Source: Macrostomum hystrix
Taxonomy: Eukaryota > Animalia > Platyhelminthes
Length of the DNA: 64,000 bases
Direction: 5' to 3'
NCBI GenBank assembly: GCA_950097015.1
Contig: CATNEN010000024.1
Location: 6,572,001-6,636,000, forward strand
Notes under the pieces: generated by a model
The model's database searches: none
Seen by the model: the letters and a program-made list of their open reading frames with translations, nothing else
Told to the model about the DNA's origin: nothing
Shown here: positions 59,201-64,000 of the stretch, piece by piece
Layout: each line of letters opens with the position of its first letter
Numbering within the stretch: position 1 is the stretch's first letter
Position numbers and translations under genes: made by a program

Positions 59201-62200
59201 CCAGGTCTCATAAATCAACCGATAAAGACCACTCAAATATCGCCAGGTCTCATAAATCAACCGATAAAGACCATTCAAATATCGCCAGGTCTCATAAATC
59301 AACGGATAAAGACCATTCAAATATCGCCAGGTCTCATAAATCAACCGATAAAGACCATTCAAATATCGCCAGGTCTCATAAATCAACCGATAAAGACCAT
59401 TGAAATATCGCCAGGTCTCATAAATCAACCGATAAAGACCACTCAAATACCACCAGGTCTCATAAATCAACCAATCAAGACCATTCAAATATCGCCAGGT
59501 CTAATAAATCAACCAATAAAGACCACTCAAATATCGCCAGGTCTCATAAATCAACCAATCAAGACCATTCAAATATCGCCAGGTCTCATAAATCAACGGA
59601 TAAAGACCACTCAAATACCACCAGGTCTAATAAATCAACCAATCAAGACCATTGAAATATCGCCAGGTCTCAGAAATCAACCAATCAAGACCATTCAAAT
59701 ATCGCCAGGTCTCATAAATCAACCGATAAAGACCACTCAAATACCACCAGGTCTCATAAATCAACCAATCAAGACCATTGAAATATCGCCAGGTCTCAGA
59801 AATCAACCAATCAAGACCATTCAAATACCGCCAGGTCTCATAAATCAACCAATCATGACCATGGTTGAGTATGGTAAATACATTACAATATCCAAACAGC
59901 AATGCCCCTTCTCAATCTCACCTCTCATCCTGATCGCCGGAGCTATCGTCACTGAGCAAATCGTCATCGTCAGAGTCCTGGCCGTCCTGCAGCATCGCCT
60001 GGAGGTCGGCTATTCGCTTCTTGGCCGCCTTCAGCTCGGACTCGAGTCCTGATTTCTCTTCGTCGGCGGTCTCGAATCTCTGGCTGAGGTCGCTGCGCTT
60101 CCGTTCGCTGTCAGCCAGGCGCTCCTCCAGGTCCGTGGCGTCGTCCTTCAAGTCGCGCAGCTGCTTGGTTAGTCGGCGAGTTTTCTCTTTCTCGGCCAGC
60201 TCGGAGGCCTGGAGACTGTCGCGCTCCTCAAGGGTGCGCTCGCTCTGCTCTTTGAGTCGGTCCACCTTTTGGGGGAATATATTTCGAATGGGATTCGTTA
60301 ACTGACGTTGCACAGTTGGAGACGAAGCAGAAGGTAAAAACGTAATTGAGTTTAAGGAAAAAGGTAAGAAGAAGAGAGAGAAGAGAGGGGGAGGCAAGAA
60401 GGTGAGAATAAAGGTGAGGGCGATACAGCGAGAATAAAGGCGAGGGCGATACAGCGAGAATAAAGGCGAGGGCGATACAATGGGAATAAAGGCGAGGGCG
60501 ATACAGCGAGAATAAAGGCTACGGAAATACAGCGAGAATAAAGGCTACGGAAATACAGCGAGAATAAAGGCGAGGGCGATACAATGGGAATAAAATGGAG
60601 ACTGTGAAGGCGACTATAAAGCTAGGCGAATGTGTGTTGGCGAGCATAAAGGCGAGTGTGTGAAGGCGAGAATTTAAGCTAGAGCGAGAAGAAAATAGTT
60701 CATGGCGAGAAGTAAAGTGGAAGAGCTTAAATGCGAACGAAAAGTATATTATTTCTCACTAGACGACAAATGGAAAGTCAAATAGAAGGAGGTTGAAAAA
60801 ATAAACAAATAAACTACTGCAAGTAGTTTGCTATAAAGAATTATTGAATAGGTTGACCAAGAGGACCCACCTGATTGGACAGCCGAGTCCTCGCCGTGAC
60901 CTCCAGGTCCAGCTTGGATTCCAGCTCCCTGATGCGGGTCTCGTATTTGGCCACAACGGCCCGGTCGACGGTGTCAGACTCGGCGCTGGCCAGACGAGCG
61001 TCTAGCTCCGCTGCCCGCTGCTTCAGCTGGTCCCGTTCTGCCAGCAGGGCTTCAATCTCGCTGGCCTGGCTCTGCACGGTGCGCTGGTCGGCCTCCAGTC
61101 GGCTGGCTGTAGCCTTGCACTTACGCAACAGGTCGCTGACTTCGTCTTCCAGCTCCTCCTTGTGGGCGCTCAGCTCGCGATTGGCCCGGTTGGCGGCGGC
61201 CAGCTTCTCGTCCTGCTCGGCTCTGCTGCGCTGAGCCTCGTCCAGTGTGGCCTGCGAGATGGGGCGAGTGAGTTGACAGGTACACAACGATGGATAACAA
61301 GCAATAACCAATAGCAACAAATGATGCAATAAAGACTCCAACTAGACTATTTACAGAGTCGCGTGCAACGATAGACAGTCAATCGAACTGTAACAGAAGC
61401 GTTTCAAGCAACGCGTTTTCTACAGTTGGTCAATCGGACAGGTAGGCAATAGGACAGGTGGACAAGTGGACAGTCGGACCGGTGGGCAATCGGACCTTCG
61501 GACAGGTGGTCAGGAGGACAATGGGACAGGTGGACAATGGGACAGGTGGACAATGGGCCAGGCGGACAATGGGACAGGAGGACAATGGGCCAGGCGGACA
61601 ATGGGACAGGTGGACAATGGGCCAGGCGGAAAATGGGACAGGTGGACAATGGGACAGGAGGACAGTGGGACAGGTGGACAATGGGACAGGTGGACAATGG
61701 GCCAGGCGGACAATGGGACAGGTGGTCAATGGGACAGGTGGACAATGGGACAGGAGGACAGTGGGACAGGTGGACAATGGGACAGGTGGACAATGGGACA
61801 GGTGGACAATAGGACAGGTGGAGAGTGGGACAGGTGGACAATGGGACAGGTGGACAATGGGACAGGTGGAGAGTTGGTTATAGAGACAAATTCAGACCTG
61901 CAGCTCCTCCAGGTCGGCCTCGGCGGAGCGGCGGCCCCTGAGCGCCAGGTCCCTAGCCGCCTCAGCGTCCTCCAGCTGTTCCCGCAGCTGCTTGATGAGG
62001 CCGCTTTGATCGCCAGCCCGACGGACCTGTTCCAGTTCGGCCTGAGTGTCCTTCAGCACCGCACGCAGTCGCTTCAACTCCTTGCGCTGGCGGCGGCGCT
62101 CGGCGTCGGCGCGCGGACCTCCGGACGCATCGGCGCCGGTCTGATCCCGGGCCAGCAGCTCGGCAAGCTGGCGCTCGGCTTCGCGTTTCTCCCTGGCCAG

Positions 62201-64000
62201 CCGCTGCCGCTCCTGCTGCTCCTCCTCCAGCTGCTCCTCCAGGTTGCGCAGGCGACGCTGCTGTGCGTAGCGCTGGTTGTCCAGCTCGGCGTCCCGCTCT
62301 TCGGCTTCGCGGGCCATCTGGGGGACGGACAAATTGGTAGAGAAAAATATTGCTGCGATACACCCGACCCTGATCAGAGAAATCTGTAGAAAATTTTTTC
62401 AGCATCAAGCCCAGAGAGCAGACGTTTATTACTCTTAAACACTCACAAGGCCTACCAGTCCTATAGAAAACTTATAGATCTAAATTCATCGATCTCTAGA
62501 CAATCTACCAGATCTAGATAATCAATCTCTAGACTTTCTACCATTCTAGATAAATCAATCTCTAGACTATCTACCAGATCTAGATAAACCAATCTCTAGA
62601 CTATCTACCAGATCTAGATAATCAATCTCTAGACTTTCTACCATTCTAGATAAATCAATCTCTAGACTTCTCGCTCGGCAAAGATCCCATGTCAGTTGAC
62701 CCACCAGTTGTCGCAGCCGCTCTGCCTCCATCTCAATCCTGGATTTATCCTGCTCAGCCGCGTCCAGCTGAGCGGCCAGCTCCTCGACTTCCTCCTCCAG
62801 AGTCGCCACCTTCTGCTCAAGATCGGCCCGGGCTCTCTTGAGCCGGCCAACTTCGAATTCGCTCTCGGAGGCGGAGCCGCCACCGGTCAGCAAGCCGCCG
62901 GGGCCGCCGGTGAGATCGGCCAGCTGATCCTGCAGCCGCTGCGATCGCTCCTGGGCGCTGGCCGCCGAGGCCTTGGCGTCTTGCAGCTCGCGCTCCAGGC
63001 GCCACTTGTCGCCAAGCAGTTCATCGCGAGATCGTTGAAGCGTTTCGCGCGACTCCAGCTGATCCGAGAGGTCCTGGACAAGGGGATAAGAGCAATGCGA
63101 AAAATTAGTGCTAATGGGTAGTCATTGTGGACAGTACAGCAGATTATTACCCGCACGACTTATTTATATAAGTCCGTTTTGATCCAAACTTTTAGTTGAG
63201 TTAACAATGACCCCCAAAATCTTGTAGTTATTCTTTGACCCACTGCTGATACTGTACAGTTTATCCTTGACCTACTGCTGATTTTGAACAGTTTATCCTT
63301 GACCCACTGATTCTGTACAGTTTATTCTTGACCCACAGCTGATTCTGTACAGTTTATCCTTGACCTACTGCTGATTCTGTACAGTTTATCCTTGACCCAC
63401 TGCTGATTCTGTACAGTTATCCTTGACCTACTGCTGATACTGTACAGTTTATCCTTGACCCACTGATTCTGTACAGTTTATATTTGACCCACTGCTGATA
63501 CTGTACAGTTTATCCTTGACCCACTGATTCTGTACAGTTTATATTTGACCCACTGCTGATACTGTACAGTTTATCCTTGACCCACTGATTCTGTACAGTT
63601 TATATTTGACCCACTGCTGATACTGTACAGTTTATCCTTGACCCACTGATTCTGTACAGTTTATATTTGACCCACTGCTGATACTGTACAGTTTATCCTT
63701 GACCCACTGATTCTGTACAGTTATCCTCAAATTATGGGTTGTCCCTTGAATGATCTCACTGTTTGAATAGTTTCGGATCTTATCGATTTTATTACCTTAT
63801 TGAGCCTGGCCAGCTCCGTGTCGTGCCGCTTCTGTCGCTTCTCCAAATCCGCCTTCCTATCCAGCGCGTCCTCTAGTTGAGCTCGCAAATCCGAGGTCTC
63901 CTGCTGGGATTTCGTAGCGCGCCGCTTCGAGCCGGCCAGCTCTTCGATGAGATCGTCGCGCTCAACGGTGACGGACTGCAGGCGAGACTCGATAGCCTTG
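56227..64000 (-). CDS. MYO18A: Unconventional myosin-XVIII coiled-coil tail, partial. Exons approx. >64000-63796, 63073-62705, 62317-61898, 61251-60871, 60265-59922, 56320-56227
   Basis: KADLEKRQKRHDTEL; EAELDNQRYAQQRRLRNLEEQLEEEQQERQRLAREKRE; ALRGRRSAEADLEELQ; TVDRAVVAKYETRIRELESKLDLEV; KRIADLQAML..DSDDD, matching MYO18 tail motifs as I recall them. Last exon is assigned by phase only. Confidence 0.88.
56440..57510. repeat. Minisatellite, 20-21 bp GGATTCG(G)GTTTGGGA(C/T)TCTT, ~51 copies, last MYO18 intron
   Basis: Direct reading. Confidence 0.96.
58085..59858. repeat. Minisatellite, 42 bp CCAGGTCTCATAAATCAACCGATAAAGACCATTCAAATATCG, ~42 copies, last MYO18 intron
   Basis: Direct reading; explains the 675-aa and 467-aa ORFs. 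Confidence 0.97.
60403..60595. repeat. Minisatellite, 26 bp GCGAGAATAAAGGCGAGGGCGATACA, ~7 copies, MYO18 intron
   Basis: Direct reading. Confidence 0.9.
61433..61871. repeat. Minisatellite, 16 bp GGGACAGGTGGACAAT, ~27 copies, MYO18 intron
   Basis: Direct reading. Confidence 0.94.
62478..62668. repeat. Minisatellite, ~33 bp TCTAGATAAATCAATCTCTAGACTATCTACCA, ~6 copies, MYO18 intron
   Basis: Direct reading. Confidence 0.9.
63232..63727. repeat. Minisatellite, alternating 32/29 bp GACCCACTG(CTG)AT(A/T)CTGTACAGTTTAT(CC/AT)TT, ~16 copies, MYO18 intron
   Basis: Direct reading. Confidence 0.94.

Noticed and set aside
38885-60052. Long repeat ORFs at 39-41 kb, 46.5-50.3 kb and 58-60 kb as genes
   Set aside because: Open on both strands because the units lack stops in those frames; most lie within GT-AG introns of TBL1 or MYO18; no unique domains
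1-63727. 6-8 bp palindromes in many units (CAGCTG, GCATGC, AGAGCTCT, AGGCCT, TGTACA, GTTAAC, TCTAGA, CTGTACAG)
   Set aside because: About 10 of 28 units have one, while about a third of 25-bp units would by chance (25/64 positions), so there is no enrichment
1-63727. Unit lengths biased to multiples of three
   Set aside because: Roughly 12 of 26 versus ~9 expected; not convincing at this sample size
1-63727. Consistent purine/pyrimidine orientation of arrays relative to host transcription
   Set aside because: Both orientations occur (purine-rich antisense at 22995, 30748, 61433; purine-rich sense at 26430, 27709, 45005)
5303-63795. All array-containing introns created by tandem duplication of exonic AGGT
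   Set aside because: Most CAGGT cores are antisense, units do not resemble flanking exons, and introns have unique donor and acceptor ends outside the arrays
1-64000. Arrays as CRISPR loci
   Set aside because: Units are head-to-tail with no unique spacers, there are no cas genes, and the context is spliced eukaryotic genes

Overview
Eukaryotic (animal, invertebrate) genomic DNA with GC-rich spliced exons and AT-rich spacers. A flatworm such as Macrostomum is my best guess, which is inference only. Six protein-coding genes could be traced by hand: TMEM104 (-, partial), a prominin (+), a voltage-gated Ca2+ channel alpha2delta subunit (-), a solitary intronless histone H1 (-), TBL1XR1/ebi (-) and the C-terminal tail of myosin-18 (-, partial). 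The dominant feature is about 30 tandem arrays (units mostly 15-45 bp, roughly 29 kb or ~45% of the window). Nearly every long intron carries its own private array, and subtracting it usually leaves a short intron. About 11-12 otherwise unrelated units share CAGGT on one strand or the other, and several present dozens of splice-site-like decoys in the pre-mRNA sense. Most long ORFs in the supplied track are artefacts of these arrays. Mobile DNA comprises a young, internally deleted Ty3/Gypsy LTR element with identical LTRs, a Merlin-type deletion derivative, an 8-bp-TSD MITE and three copies of a tRNA-derived CORE-like SINE. An 18-nt micro-exon next to a 36-nt intron is predicted in the alpha2delta gene. 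All gene models, copy numbers and statistics are hand-derived and approximate.
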